From the NCBI RefSeq assembly GCF_964204645.1, contig NC_134035.1, positions 3,472,001 to 3,536,000 of the forward strand: 64,000 bases of DNA. Direction: 5' to 3'. Below the pieces are notes generated by a model that ran no database searches, was not told the origin of the DNA, and worked only from the letters and a program-made list of their open reading frames with translations. This DNA is from Tubulanus polymorphus. Taxonomy: Eukaryota > Animalia > Nemertea. Shown here one piece after another: positions 37,388 through 62,885 of the stretch. Position 1 is the first letter of the stretch, and every line of letters begins with the position of its first letter. Made by a program: the position numbers and the translations under genes.

Positions 37388-39115
37388 TACAAGTGACTGA
37401 TCTTGACACAGATTTATGGTATCGCGCGCGTCACCACGGGTTCGGGAACAATGAATGAACTTGCGCGACGACTTTAGCGCCGCCACAAGTAGCGACGTTT
37501 ACTCGATGCGAATGGACATAATTGCGAATTGGAAATTATATCTGTATAAATATAAATGAATGAAATCCGAATAGTCCAGTTATCTATTTCGAACGACGCG
37601 CGGTGAGTTGCAGGATACGAATCTGGCATTTGGCAAAAGTTTCGGTGTAGAATCCACCGAATAAGCGCTATCCAAATCTACCGTAGATACAATACGCTGC
37701 GACAAAGGTCAAAGGTACGTACCGTCTGAGTAACGTATCAGATGTAACGAATCGTTGTGTAAACATAAATATAATGATATTGATGATAATCAAGATAAAA
37801 TTGACTAATAGTAATGATGAATCGGGGTGTAACGTATGGGTATAGGGGGTGCGGACGAGCCCTTTCCGCATTTTCTAAGTTCCAATTTCTTTTTCACATT
37901 CCGGAAATTTCGTAAATGAAGTTCTGGAAAACGCGCCCCTGTCAAGCTTCGAATGAAGAAAATTAAGACTATTTCGGGACATACGAGCATTTTTAAGAAT
38001 CCTCGTTTGCTTCGAGGCGCTCGGTGGAAAGTGTGGCATACTAAGCACAACTGAGATCGGATGTTCGGTGCTTGATAAGCCCGGTATTTCAATTATACGG
38101 TACCGAATAAGCCACGAATATATATAATATATAATCTGATAATATTCAACCGCGTGTAAACGCCGAGTATCGTACTGAAATCATCGTGTGAACGCCGCCA
38201 TTGTCGAATAAGTCGAATTCTCTTTGCAAACGGGTGTCTACGAGTATCTTTTGGGTTGCAAATATTGGCGATTCAGTTGATGATATGGACCTTTCGAGAT
38301 CTGGTGCCAAAGAAGCGTTTTTAGCGCAATGGGCATGCGACGTTCCATAGGCCTACCCCTCTACTATACTGAGACGGGTGTCTTCTAATTCATTTTTTAT
38401 TCCGAATAGTCTGTATGTTTAGCAGTGAATGAGTAGACTATTATTGAATTATTATAGTACAATAAAGTCCCCAAGGGCCCCTGCCATCGCCGGTAACGAG
38501 TATATGGCAAGGTTCTCTGAATCAAAGAATGAATGCAAAGTTTAAACGAAGTTCGAAGTGTATGAATTCAAAGGTGATTTGCAAGAGCGTCCTAATTCTT
38601 TACGTTCGTGCATATTTCGTTGAAAAGAAATACCGGTTTATACAGAGATAAACGTTAACGATAAATGATAATCGGACCAAATCTGAACAAAAAAAGGTCA
38701 CACGTCACATATGTAAATAGTCCCGTATGGAGTTTTGTTGCTTATCACGGAGGGCTAGGGGTTATTTCGTTTACGAAATTATCAAAGCCATCAAAGTATG
38801 AACGAAATTCGAACGAAAAGATTATTTCGTTCCCACGAAAAAAGGCGAAGAAAGAAATATCCATTTTTCATCGTGTCATCGAAAAGTTTTTCGTTCGACC
38901 GAAAAGATTGTTTCGCCCCCACGAACAAAAAAAAGGGAAATATTTATTCTTCACCCCGAGTAACAGGCTCCGGAGCTCCGTATATTTACAATCGGCCTCA
39001 TAAACAACTATAAAGGCACGTATGTTTACATTTTGGGCTTAAGCCGCTTGCGATGAAAAATGGATTCACTTCATCGAGGACGTCCCTTGTTTTCAAACAA
39101 CATCGTTTAAACTTT

Positions 39116-39379
39116 ACGAGTACAATCCCACAATAAAAGAATTAGATGATAAAATGTTTATTAAAACATATAAGAAATATTTCGGGTGGTTACTACCACC
39201 CTTCTTCAGACTAAAATGACTTGCCAAATACTTGATAATAATTTTAGACTGAAGAAGGGTGGTAGTAACCACACGAAATATTTCTTATATGTTTTAATAA
39301 ACATTTTATCATCTAATTCTTTTATTGTGGGATTTTACTCGTATCGTTTTATCACGGATATTGTGATCTACCATTGATT
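39116..39379. mobile_element. Palindromic Penelope-like insertion with two outward-facing hammerheads (+39246..39285, -39173..39212)
   Basis: About 100-bp inverted arms; AGA-CUGAAGA-A-GGGUGGU(AGUA)ACCAC(A/C)C-GAAAU-AUU-UCU; 15-bp TSD catcgtttaaacttt (39101-39115, 39380-39394); tail hairpin cacggatattgtg. Confidence 0.78.
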
Positions 39380-39475
39380 CATCGTTTAAACTTTTATATC
39401 ATATCCATAGCCTTCAATAGCAGGCGCTATGCAGCTGATTGCATAGACACATTTGCACCAGTCGATCGGCAAGCC

Positions 39476-39490
39476 GTCGCCGCTAGCAAC
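39476..39490. promoter_or_regulatory. Candidate RFX X-box upstream of methyltransferase 1 (half-site-rich atgccatggcaac also at 39519-39531)
   Basis: GTCGCCgctAGCAAC fits GTNRCC(N0-3)RGYAAC; a candidate 5'UTR donor gtgagt lies at 39590. Confidence 0.4.
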
Positions 39491-40263
39491 CACCAAGACA
39501 CACCCAGATAATTATTTTATGCCATGGCAACCGTTACAACGTTTTATACACTGATAACTGCTACACATTTTTATCCGAGTGATGGCTATGTGAGTCGGCG
39601 TGGTGCACTATGTCATCGATATTAGCGTCGATCAATAGAGCGATAACAATTTTGTATATTGGCTATTATTTCTGAATCGACTTAAAATTTCATGAATCTA
39701 ATGTTTTTTTTTCATATGAATTCAATTCCCAATCCGGATTTTTGGTCTTATCCGGACGATATTTGCAGTCCATTTGTTGATCACAATACAAGAAAATGAC
39801 TTTTAACCTGGATGAATATTTTTGTCCCAAATGAACTGATCCGAATTCAGTGGGTTCTACTGTACCTGCTTTCTATTATTGCGGTTGAGTTATGAAGTGA
39901 TTAATTGTCGACAATATCAACCAATAGACCCTGGTATAGTTTTCAATTTCTCACATTAGTTTTCTAGTTCTCTTAATGTATTTTTGGTGTCAATCTTTGT
40001 ATAGCTCATTGCACGCGAGACGTCAGTAGTTTTTTTTTCAAATTTTGATCTTGACATAGGGATCGTCCCCGTTAGTTAGTTATTTATTTGGTTGGTAAAT
40101 TTCGTTCGATTTTTCGATTGAGTGTCGCTTACAAACCCATCACACCTGTCGGGAGCGAAACAGGGGGTTTGATTTTGAAATCGGTTTAAATTTTGAAATA
40201 TATCGATTTTGAACCTATCTATATATATATATATATAAATTCAATATTGTATTATAATTGCAG

Positions 40264-41304
40264 ATGCAACTTGGGCGTTGGCCATTTCTGTTCGTATCAC
40301 TCGTGCTGGTATGTCTGGTTTTGTTCGCTTACATAAGCATGAAGGATGTCTCCGACTTATCGGCGGCGCGACCACGGCGGGTCCAAGAAGTTGTTGAAAT
40401 GCCCTTGCGTCCAGTCGCCGTCAAATCCTCTAAAGTCGACGACTGCGAAACGTGGAAGGCCGTTTTCAAGGTGCGGCCGACGTTGAAAAGAATTCCATTC
40501 AATGCAAATATTTCGAAAAATAGCCGTCGTATAGAGACGGCCAGCGAACGGATGGCTTCGTTCCAGGAGGTGTACCAAAAACATTTATGGGGAGCTCAGG
40601 AACCAGGTTTTAAAGGGATACAGGGTTCCGGCGAGGGTTCCTCCACTCGTTACACCCATAAAATGATCAAAGTACTGCACAGTATCATAGATATGGCTAA
40701 AAAGGCGACCGGCAAGAGTAAAGTCAGTTTTCTCGATATTCCATGCGGCGATATGGTGTGGATTTCTAAGTTCCTGGATAGCAGAAACGATATCATCTAT
40801 ACAGGGATGGATATCGTTCCGGAGTTGATTAAATCTCACAAAACGAGATTCGCTAATAGATCGAATTGGTCATTTCGCCACGGAGATATCGTCCATGTTC
40901 CGTTGAAAGAAAAGTACGACATCATCTTCTGCAGACACATGCTGCAACATTTGTCGCTGGCCGATGCTCTCAAAGTTTTGAAACACTTTTCTGACAGCGG
41001 AAGCCGCTTCCTTCTCACGACATCGTGGTTGAATGTTGGAGGAAATAGCGAATTGGGCTCGTTCAAAAATGGTCGGGGCAGACCTATCAATATGGAACTG
41101 CCTCCTTTCAGTCTTGTTCCGCCGCTGTGTTTCGGCCGCGACTGGCCGAAAGGCTCGTACGAAAAACAGCTGTACACCGGGTTGTGGTCGATGCCTCTTG
41201 AACAAATCGACGCCAGCGAATTCACCAGCAAGGCACCAATTCGTCTAACCAAGTCGAAAACCAGCAAAGGCTTCGAAGTTCATGCGATATCGTACGAAAA
41301 TTAA
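40264..41304 (+). CDS. Signal-anchored class I SAM-dependent methyltransferase, paralog 1 (single coding exon, 346 aa)
   Basis: ATG directly after a ttgcAG acceptor; N-terminal hydrophobic segment (FLFVSLVLVCLVLFAYI); F..VY....WG / GSGEGSS lid; motif I FLDIPCGDMVW; YTGMDIV; GDIV; YDIIFCRHMLQHL. Confidence 0.88.
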   Translation: MQLGRWPFLFVSLVLVCLVLFAYISMKDVSDLSAARPRRVQEVVEMPLRPVAVKSSKVDDCETWKAVFKVRPTLKRIPFNANISKNSRRIETASERMASFQEVYQKHLWGAQEPGFKGIQGSGEGSSTRYTHKMIKVLHSIIDMAKKATGKSKVSFLDIPCGDMVWISKFLDSRNDIIYTGMDIVPELIKSHKTRFANRSNWSFRHGDIVHVPLKEKYDIIFCRHMLQHLSLADALKVLKHFSDSGSRFLLTTSWLNVGGNSELGSFKNGRGRPINMELPPFSLVPPLCFGRDWPKGSYEKQLYTGLWSMPLEQIDASEFTSKAPIRLTKSKTSKGFEVHAISYEN

Positions 41305-43882
41305 CTCAGGATGGAACGATTTAATATATTTGTAGATTTTAAACTTTGCATATCTATACAATTTTATACTACTCACTCATATTTCATACAGTTAACCTCA
41401 CCTATAGCTAAAGTTAGTTAGTAAAAAATAATTTGTCGTGTTCGAGTTGCGCTACAAGGTTACTGTATAAGTGTACCAGTCTTCATTGAAAATGTTCACT
41501 GCTGTATTATTTTGAAGTTTTAGATATGTTCTTATTTCTGGATGTTTTATACCACTATTTATAAAATCATAATAAGATAAAAACCCACTATGTACAAATT
41601 ACAACAATTTATTTAAAAACGAGAATTCATATATTCAAACAATCTAAAATATGAAATACACGATGTTTCGATCCTCGCTTTTAAATTCTTTTAATGTGTC
41701 CATAGTGGGTTTCCAACTTATTATCCGTTCAGCACGTTACGTTTGAGTGTGGTTATCGTGTGGTTGTGGTTATGAAATTATGTTATAGTATCAAGGTCAG
41801 GGCTGGTAAAGGATATATATTCAATTTACAACGCCAAAGACAAAGAAACCAATGCCAATGCCAAAGCCACAGACAACTTCCCGTGTACAACGTACTATAA
41901 GTGATCTCGTATTTTCAAATCTATATATCTATCACTGCCAAGATATTGCTGTCAGTTCTCTTAAAAAACCAACATTTACATCGTAATTTAAGCCTTAACT
42001 TATTCCGAAACCGCAGACTCCAGTTTTAACATTATGTATATAATGAGTTGTAATACATATTGTGTGTAGTTTAAGGATTACTGCATACGTTAGTATGAGT
42101 CTTCGTTGAAGATGTTCACTGCTATATTTTTGAAGTTTTAGATCCGTTCTTATGTCTAGATGCTTTATACCACTATTTTTAGTGATAGACACGTCAAACA
42201 TACCAATGTATATAAATGAATATCGTAGACTTATACGGGTTTGGTTAGGGGTTTCTTTTTATTCAATTTACAGTGCCAAATACAACTGCCCGTATATTTC
42301 ATTTATGCACAAATGCTGGCAGTTACTTTTATTATCTTAAAAAAAACAACTTTTAAATTGCAAATTTCACATTCCTAATTTTCAATTGCAGCCTGTACTG
42401 AGTCCAAAGACCCAGTTCCACGGTTCCGTGTTGTGAGTTAAGATTTGACTCATTGAAAACCAAAAAATATTGTATCGACTCATTGAAAATGAACCAATCT
42501 TAACTCGGAGTTAACTCTAACTCACAACTGTGGAACCGGGTCCGGCTTCCTATTATAACATTATGTATATCCGTGACTTGTACGATACTGTTTGTAATTT
42601 ATTTCCGAAATAAATAATATAATACTCGCAACGCAAATAGTCAGGGAATTCTGCGAACTCACGTTCTGGCCTTGACGACGTCGATGACTTGCTGTTGGTT
42701 CTGCCTATTTCTTCGTATGGTGCTTGCAACTACTTGGCGAACGGTCCGCCATTGTGATGGATCGCGGCATATGCTCATGTGCCGATGGTTAGATGGCAGC
42801 ACTGGTTGCGAGAATGGAAGGGGGTGTCGGACGTACCGAACGAACCCCCTAAAGTTTTCAAAGTGCCCTTCAAGAAGTTAGTCTCAAAAGTTCGGGTCCA
42901 GATTTTTCGAAATTTAGATACAATTTTCATGTTCTTCTTTGACAATGAAAAGTAACCATTCCGTGAAAGTGTTGAATATTGAAGATGAATATCATAAACT
43001 TCATGTCTTGAAATTATAGATATTGTTAGAGTTTAGGTGATCGAAATAATCATACTTATGATATGTCTTTTTTACAGTAGAGAAGTGCCCCTTTTCACGG
43101 CGAAAAAGTGACCTTTTTCTTGAAATAAAACTTCCCTTCAAAAAAGCTCGGCAAAGGCCTGAATGGCGACTTGTTCAACCGTGGATAACACCAGCGATTA
43201 GTTGCACACTGAAGAACTCAGTCCAAAAGTAGCCTTTAATCTTAAGACCGATCTTGTAAGTTGTTAGATTTGCTACAGAACTTGGATGCCATGGTCTCAG
43301 GCTGAACGCCTATAGCGTACAACCATCACTGCGGACAACACTGGCCCGCAGAAGTACCTCCCCGAAGTTTCAAACACATGCGCGATTGTTGAATTGTTTG
43401 AGGTCAAACATTCATGTGTCTAGTCCAAACACTCACACGCGTGTTGGTAAATTTCGTTTGATTTCTTTTGTTTATTGAGTGTCACTTACAAACCCTGACA
43501 AGCGCGAAACAGGGGGTTTGATTTTGAAATCGGAAATCGAAGTACATAATATAGTTGCGTGATCAGCGTTTGAATCTACAGCATTGTTTGTTTAAACCGA
43601 AGTACATGATTGGGAAATCAGGTTCTGGTTCTCATTCAAAAAGTCTTCAAAAAGATCATTTTTATTTTTAGCCGGCCGGATTGAATAGGCTTTTCATTGT
43701 CACGTTCTCTCGCCTGCTGTTGCCTGTCAATAGTGAGTTTCGGTTGTACACGTTTTGCGGCGACACAATGGACTCGATCGACGTACGCGCCGCCGTATGT
43801 CGCCACAATATACACCGATCGACGCAGACGGCGCACGATTCGGGTTATCAAACATGTTCTAATAGTCGCGTTATTGGTTTAG

Positions 43883-44076
<194 letters not shown>

Positions 44077-44874
44077 GACGTACTGTGGAATATTTATTAA
44101 TATTTTAAACAGGTTTTAACAATTGTTGCGGCGAAAGCTATAACTGTGCAATCCGGAAAGTCAATAAGGTAGGTACCGCCTAGTTATGCACTAGATATCT
44201 TAAGTATTGGATGCAGTGGCGCTTCAGTGTAATTTGAAAAGTCAACTCATATTCTCACTCCGCAAACATGGGCGTCCCTGTGATTTTTCAAAGGTATTTG
44301 AGAGGGTTGGCGAAACAGTTCCCGGGCCCCCTCCCTTTGTATAACTTAGGAAATTTGCTCCCGGCCGCAGAAGCGTTCCTATAGAGACGCTCGGTTTGAT
44401 GCTACGTCATACTTCCAATTCATTTCCCTATAGGAAAATACTAACAAACTGGTTGGTGGACATATTTTTCATCTATGAGGTTCTGATTTTCTGAATGGAA
44501 AATTCCCCATTGTGACCTGAATGTATTGTATGAACTCGAAACTCGTTTTATTAGCTAATTGAAAATATGCCAAAATCGAAGAAAATTTCGGTTTGTTTTA
44601 TATACGCGACTCCAAATGGACCCACAATCTCTAATGATTGAGTGCCGTTCACAAATACATTTTTGGTTAATTTGGACTAGAGAAATCCCAAAAATTACTC
44701 GCACCGTCTTAAACCAATGGATCTATTTGGGCCGCCAATATTCTCGAGGTATAGCAGTCGTAAAATCTCGTCTCATCTATTTATCATCTTATCATTTCAT
44801 TATACTCCACGCCGACATTATATCACCTATGAATAATGTTCATTAATCCCTGATAAATTGTGAATTAGCACGTG

Positions 44875-44913
44875 GTCGCCCCGGCAACCATTCCATACCT
44901 TGTATATAAAAGG
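44875..44913 (+). promoter_or_regulatory. Candidate X-box plus TATA box upstream of methyltransferase 2
   Basis: GTCGCCccGGCAAC (44875-44888) then TATATAAAAG (about 44904-44913); a candidate donor gtgagt lies at 45237. Confidence 0.45.
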
Positions 44914-45422
44914 TCGAATCATGGATTTACTGTTTTATCCATTGATTTGCATAACTGATCACTTATGCATATGTTTAGCGAATAGCCCTTAGCGTGCTTA
45001 CTTTGCCTGGTTTGCCATCTGGCGCCAGCAGCAACACGGTCAACATGACGCACTGTGCATGATTTATTGATTCAACGTTTCAACTATATCCTAAATAGTC
45101 ATCTTCAGAAAAGTGTCATTGCGCTTTAAAAGCCCCGATCGCACGAGTTTTTACTAAGTGGCCTTATCACTAAGAGGTCAATAGATATTATCCGTCCTTA
45201 GCGACGAATGCCCTTCATTCCTTCGATAAATTTCTCGTGAGTTCACGCTTAGTCTCACGAGAGTCCATTTTGCGCCGAATTTGAAATAAGACGTGCTCGT
45301 CACCCTACGGGATTTGTCGAATTGTATTAGGGCCTACAACGTCACGGTCGCGTCCGTCGTTTCTTTTTCAAAAATTCCCGAAGCCGGCCTATCTAAATTC
45401 GTTTATGTATTTATATTTACAG

Positions 45423-46478
45423 ATGTTCAATAGACGGTGGTCATTTCTTTACGTATCACTCGTGCTGGTATGTCTGGTACTGTTCGCTTACATGGGCATG
45501 AAGGATATCTCCCACTCTTCGCGTGTGGAAAGTCAGCAGATCCCGAAATTCGTGAAAATTCCCGTCGTCGTCCGTACGGTGGCCACCGCAGTGGTTGTTA
45601 ACTCGTCTAAAGTCGACGACTGCGAGACGTGGAAGCCTATTTTCAAGGTGCGCCCGATGATAAAGAAAATTCCGTTTAGGGCAGATATTTCGAACAACCG
45701 CCGCATAGAAACCGCTGGCCAAAGAATGGCGTCGTTCCAGGAGGTGTACGAGAAACATTTGTGGGGAGCACAGGAACCAGGTTATAAAGGAATACAGGGT
45801 TCCGGTGCGGGCTCTTCCGTTCATTATGCCCAGCTTATGATGAAAGTGCTGGACAGTCTCATAAACATGGCAAAAAAGGTGACCGGTAAAAGTAAAGTCA
45901 GTTTTCTCGATATTCCATGCGGCGATATGGTGTGGATTCCAAAGTTTCTGGAGAACAGAAACGATATCAACTACACAGGAATGGATATCGTGCCGGAGTT
46001 GATTAAATCTCACAAAACGAGATTCGCTAATAGATCGAATTGGTCATTTCGCCACGGAGATATCGTGAATGACCCGCTGAAAGAACAGTTCGACATCATC
46101 TTCTGCAGACACATGCTGCAACATTTGTCGACGGCCGATGCTCTCAAAGTTTTGAAACACTTTTCTGACAGCGGAAGCCGCTTCCTTCTCACGACATCGT
46201 GGCTTGGAACTAAAGCCAATATCGAACTGCCCACGTTCCAACATGGTCGGTTCAGAAGGATGAATTTGGAACTGCCTCCTTTCAGTCTTGTTCCGCCGCT
46301 GTGTTTCGGCCGAGACTGGCCGAAAGGCCCGTACGAAAAACAGCTGTACACCGGGTTGTGGTCGCTGCCTCTTGAACAAATCGACAGCAGCGAATTTACC
46401 AGCAAGGGTCCGATTCGTTTGACCAAGTCGAAAGCCCACAACGACTTCGAAGTTTATGCGATATCGTACGAAAATTGA
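45423..46478 (+). CDS. Signal-anchored class I SAM-dependent methyltransferase, paralog 2 (single coding exon, 351 aa)
   Basis: ATG directly after tttacAG; same architecture and motifs as paralog 1, with long blocks of nucleotide identity. Confidence 0.88.
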   Translation: MFNRRWSFLYVSLVLVCLVLFAYMGMKDISHSSRVESQQIPKFVKIPVVVRTVATAVVVNSSKVDDCETWKPIFKVRPMIKKIPFRADISNNRRIETAGQRMASFQEVYEKHLWGAQEPGYKGIQGSGAGSSVHYAQLMMKVLDSLINMAKKVTGKSKVSFLDIPCGDMVWIPKFLENRNDINYTGMDIVPELIKSHKTRFANRSNWSFRHGDIVNDPLKEQFDIIFCRHMLQHLSTADALKVLKHFSDSGSRFLLTTSWLGTKANIELPTFQHGRFRRMNLELPPFSLVPPLCFGRDWPKGPYEKQLYTGLWSLPLEQIDSSEFTSKGPIRLTKSKAHNDFEVYAISYEN

Positions 46479-48502
46479 CGCACGGACAAAAATTAAGCAA
46501 TGCCTTCGTAGTTTTGCGTTCTATATTCATAATAAATATACCGCTACCTCATATTTTCTACGTATATCAAACCAGTATCTGAAAGTCTAATCACTAAGTA
46601 CTGTATTCCACTTCTTGTACCTAATGACATTTTTAGTACCCTTTACATCTGAATCTCTCTATTAAGATCGGTTGATATTGTACATGTACTAGTTTTATTT
46701 AGACCAAATTCTACATCTTGCATAGAAAATATATATTATATATATACTCCTAATATAACGCTTATTGTCTTTATCTATCACGATGTTAAGCAGCACTGAG
46801 TATTCCGCAAACTCGGCCTTACATATTCAAACCACACTGAATCGGCCCGCTAGCACGCCATGGATAGATACAGGGGTGGACCTAGGAAAATTGGAAGACT
46901 CCAGTGGAAAATAAGGTATTTCTCACATAAATCAGCCACGTACAAAAGACCAATAGCTGGATATACATGTACATCCTGAATGATGAAAATTCCGAGAGTG
47001 ACAAGTGTTAGATTTGCAGGTTTTAACTATTCCTTGACGAAAAGGGCAACCTCGGCGGGAAAGTATGGATCCGGATCTCAAATACAACTTCTTAGATCCA
47101 CGCTGAGATGACAGGACTTCGATTCCAAATTAACGATGTTTCAATATGTCCCCCACTTTTACGTGGATTTAATTCAATTTCATCTATAGACGACACCAGA
47201 CACGCGACTCCGGCATTAGACTCCAATAACCCAGCATTTTCGTTATATCTCACAAGAATATCTGCACCATACACGTACTACTTTTCTTACAAGAATATTG
47301 AGACTGAATACCAGGTGTCCATTTTTATAGCTTGTCATATATTACCGCTTGTAGGCTTATAACGAAAGCTCGTATGAGAGCCTTGACTTAGTATATATAA
47401 GTATACGGGTATAGACACACAACCACACGTCGTTAATAAGTATTGCGGCCGTTGTAGACAATAGCTATATTATAGATATGACACTTATAATTGATTGGTG
47501 TAACATTTAACAGGACGATGTTTTTTTTTTCATTGCAGGATCGGTGATTTCATTCGAGCTATACTGTATTCGTCCCAATGGATCCGTGCCGACCTCTGTG
47601 TGACGTTTAGATTTGTTACACGTGTATTATCTGTTGATCAACTTTTATAATGCATCGAATTGTTCAGCAAGACTCGCATATATAAACACTGCTATTTCTT
47701 AAACTTGTTTTCTCATTTATCAGCGACACTCGGCATCATACGCTCGCGTTTGATGCCGAGAAACCGCTCCGTGGTCGCTCGGAGGGGTTGCCTTGTTGTC
47801 ACCTATCCATTTGCATAACAATTCAATCAACTCAACGTAACAAAATACAGTAGGCGGCGCCACATTACGGCCCACGGAAGCGCCAACACCACGCGGGCGG
47901 AGGTAATCGCTGAATAAACCGGAACCGACATTTCCAATTATGTACTTCGATTTAGACCATTTTCCGTTAATTCCACCGCCGATCACACAACTATATCTAG
48001 CGTCGATTTCCGATTTCAAAATCAAACCCCCCGTTTCGCCACGGCAGGAGCACCAAATCAAACGAAATATATAGTAGGGTCCATCCATTTTTTTTTAAAT
48101 TGTTAATTCCCTGGTTGAAAAGATAATCTGAATCAACGTCGGTCTGTCTGGGTTAAAGAACTACGACGATGGTGCGCATGCGTGCTCGGTACTCGCCGAG
48201 AAGTAGCCGGCGTCGAGCGAGCAAATGTTTGCAGTCGACTCAATCCTTGTTTATCCTTAACGGCGTATTATCGTCGTCTTATCAGTACAAATGAATAATT
48301 AACTGCTGAAACAAAACCTAATAAAGGTAATGCAAACATTTAAACAAGTGTTATTGCCTGGCATGTATCACTACTGTTCCGTTAGACCATTCCGATTCAT
48401 TTGTCTTTGCGGGTTCGTCGCAAAACGTGCTCGGGGGTTTAGGATACAAACATCTTTTTTTTTGTTGGCATTCGCGGTTGTTTCGGGTCTGAAAACTATA
48501 TT

Positions 48503-60547
<12,045 letters not shown>

Positions 60548-62752
60548 GATCGTGGAAGATTTTCTCACCGGGAACGAAATCATTTCAATCGGGACCCGTT
60601 CGTCATCGAGTACGTGCACCGAAAATTTCCTTCATCCGTGTATACAATTCTAAGCATTCCGCAGACGTGACTATACGGCTTCATATTTCTAAGAGCTCAC
60701 CAAACAATATCAAAACACTCAAAATCAGCAATAATTTCTAGTTCGTTTTCAATAAAACTACTATTTTTGATGCCACATTTTGGTGAAAACCACCACAATT
60801 AGACTAAGTCATATCAGGAAGTCTGGTCTGACCTAATGGATAAATTGGCCCATTTTCAGCCCCTTCCCCGTGAAGAGCGCCTCCCTCATGGATGCACGTA
60901 CTTTTTGAACGGCCCCGATGCAATATTCCGAATATAGAAACGAATAAAAAAGAAACGCATTTCAAATTGAATAGCCAATTATAATCATAACCGTATTCAT
61001 AATTATTTCATCATCGTTTTAGCTGTTATTATTATTGTTGTTTGACATTTTAAATGCATATAAGACAATAACCAAATACCGCGCGTATAAAACAAGATTT
61101 CATTATTATTATTATTATTATTATTATCATTATTATTACACAGACATCACAACCTATACAGAATAAGTATAATAAGTATAATGTAACAATACCGACAAAG
61201 TTCGAAATTGCTTTGTCCTACGAGAAACGGTAGAACGTCGTTGAAACGAACTGGAATTTAACGATTCATCTGAAACTTTGAGATTTCATTTTCATTTCAA
61301 TCTTGAGATCGCAGATGTAGTTGATGTCGTTTTCTCGAAGTTCGTTCCAGCGAAGTTCCAACGTGCGAATACATCTCTGTTTTGTAAGTACGCCAATCGA
61401 GATTTTTAGAAAAAAATTGAAGCTCAGCTTTCGAACACCTTTTCAAATCATGTACCCCGAAATGAACGTTTTGGTGACCATTATCGTTAAAATACATCAC
61501 CTCGCGTTTGTTTACGTGAATGAAGCGTGGCGTGAAAATGTTGCTTTAGACTTCGCGTTACTCGTTATACTGCAATTCGCAAGATATTGGGATCAGAGAA
61601 TTTATAGACTTTCTCTAATAAAAAAAGTGTTTGCGAATTGATTGACTTAAAAACTCTATCGCTGGAGAATTAAGATTTTTTAGGGGGGAAATATTGAAGT
61701 ATATTTTGGCTTTTGTAAAACTTCCAAAGCTTGTCTGAGCTTTTTGACGACTGTAAGACAACCCTAGTGCACGCTGATACAGTATGAGCGGCCATGTTTG
61801 ACTAGTTTTATATCTAGCGAAAATTGAAGTTATTCGATCTGTCCGTTGTTAGCTGGTGACCGCGCCCAAACCTATTGCATCGAACTACTGAGTTCAAGCG
61901 CCAATTACCCCCTAGGAAAGACAGCCTAGACGCGGGAACGGACCGATACTCGCTTGTCAGGGCAAAAGGGAACCAAAAGGCCAATTTCCCCCTAGGAAAG
62001 GCAGCCTAGACGTTCAGGCAAGTACCGCTGTCGTGATGTCAAATCTTATGTTTCTGGCGTTTCTAGTTCATTGTTAGTTGTTAATTTTCGATATTCAACA
62101 ACGTACCGGGTGAAGCCCCGAGGTTTAGCCGATCAATGATCGTATTGTTCCGGTATATAGCAAACATTTAGAACCATGATAACGAGTAAGCGGAAGTCTA
62201 CATAGATTAATGAGCGATGGTGCGCATGAAATCATCGGTTCAATTAAAAAACCTAAAACCTAAACCGTCGTGAATGTACACAAATCATTATGATTATGGG
62301 GGGGGGGGGGTGGTGTTAGGGTGCTACTAACGCTGAAGTTGAATTTCTATATTCTATATCCAAAATACACGTTTACATAATATCTAATTTCTATTCATAT
62401 TGAATTTACAAACTTAATTAACAATGATAACAACCTATAACAAACGGCCTTGTTTATAAAAAGGCCATCGGCAAACATAAACTGAAACCTTTTTTGCCTT
62501 TTTATATTTTTAACGGTAATAATTTCAAGGGCCTGAACATAAAAATCAACGATATAACTGACTGTATAAATAGGACGTAATTAAAATACTATGCGTATGG
62601 ATACTTGATTATCACAATGTGGAAAGTTCGAATCGAGGAAATTCGGTGCATCGCCGATTCATCGCGAAATACTAGCGAAAAAATCGAGGAAAAACCAACC
62701 AACATTATTAACAACTAGGAATATCATGAAACAGATAGAGTAGAGTGTTAAT

Positions 62753-62885
62753 GGGTCAGTTGCTCAAAAGTTGGTTAAAGATAACCGGCAGATAAATATC
62801 ATAGTAACAACGAACTTTTTCAAGTGTCTGTGTGTCTACTATCCATTGGTTAACTCTAACTAACCAACTTTTGAACAACCGGCCC
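62753..62885. mobile_element. About 130-bp MITE family (ggtcagttgctcaaaagttgg ... ccaacttttgagcaactgacc); other copies at about 747-820, 18823-18969, 30906-31035, 31380-31509
   Basis: Dispersed homologous copies with TIRs. Confidence 0.7.
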
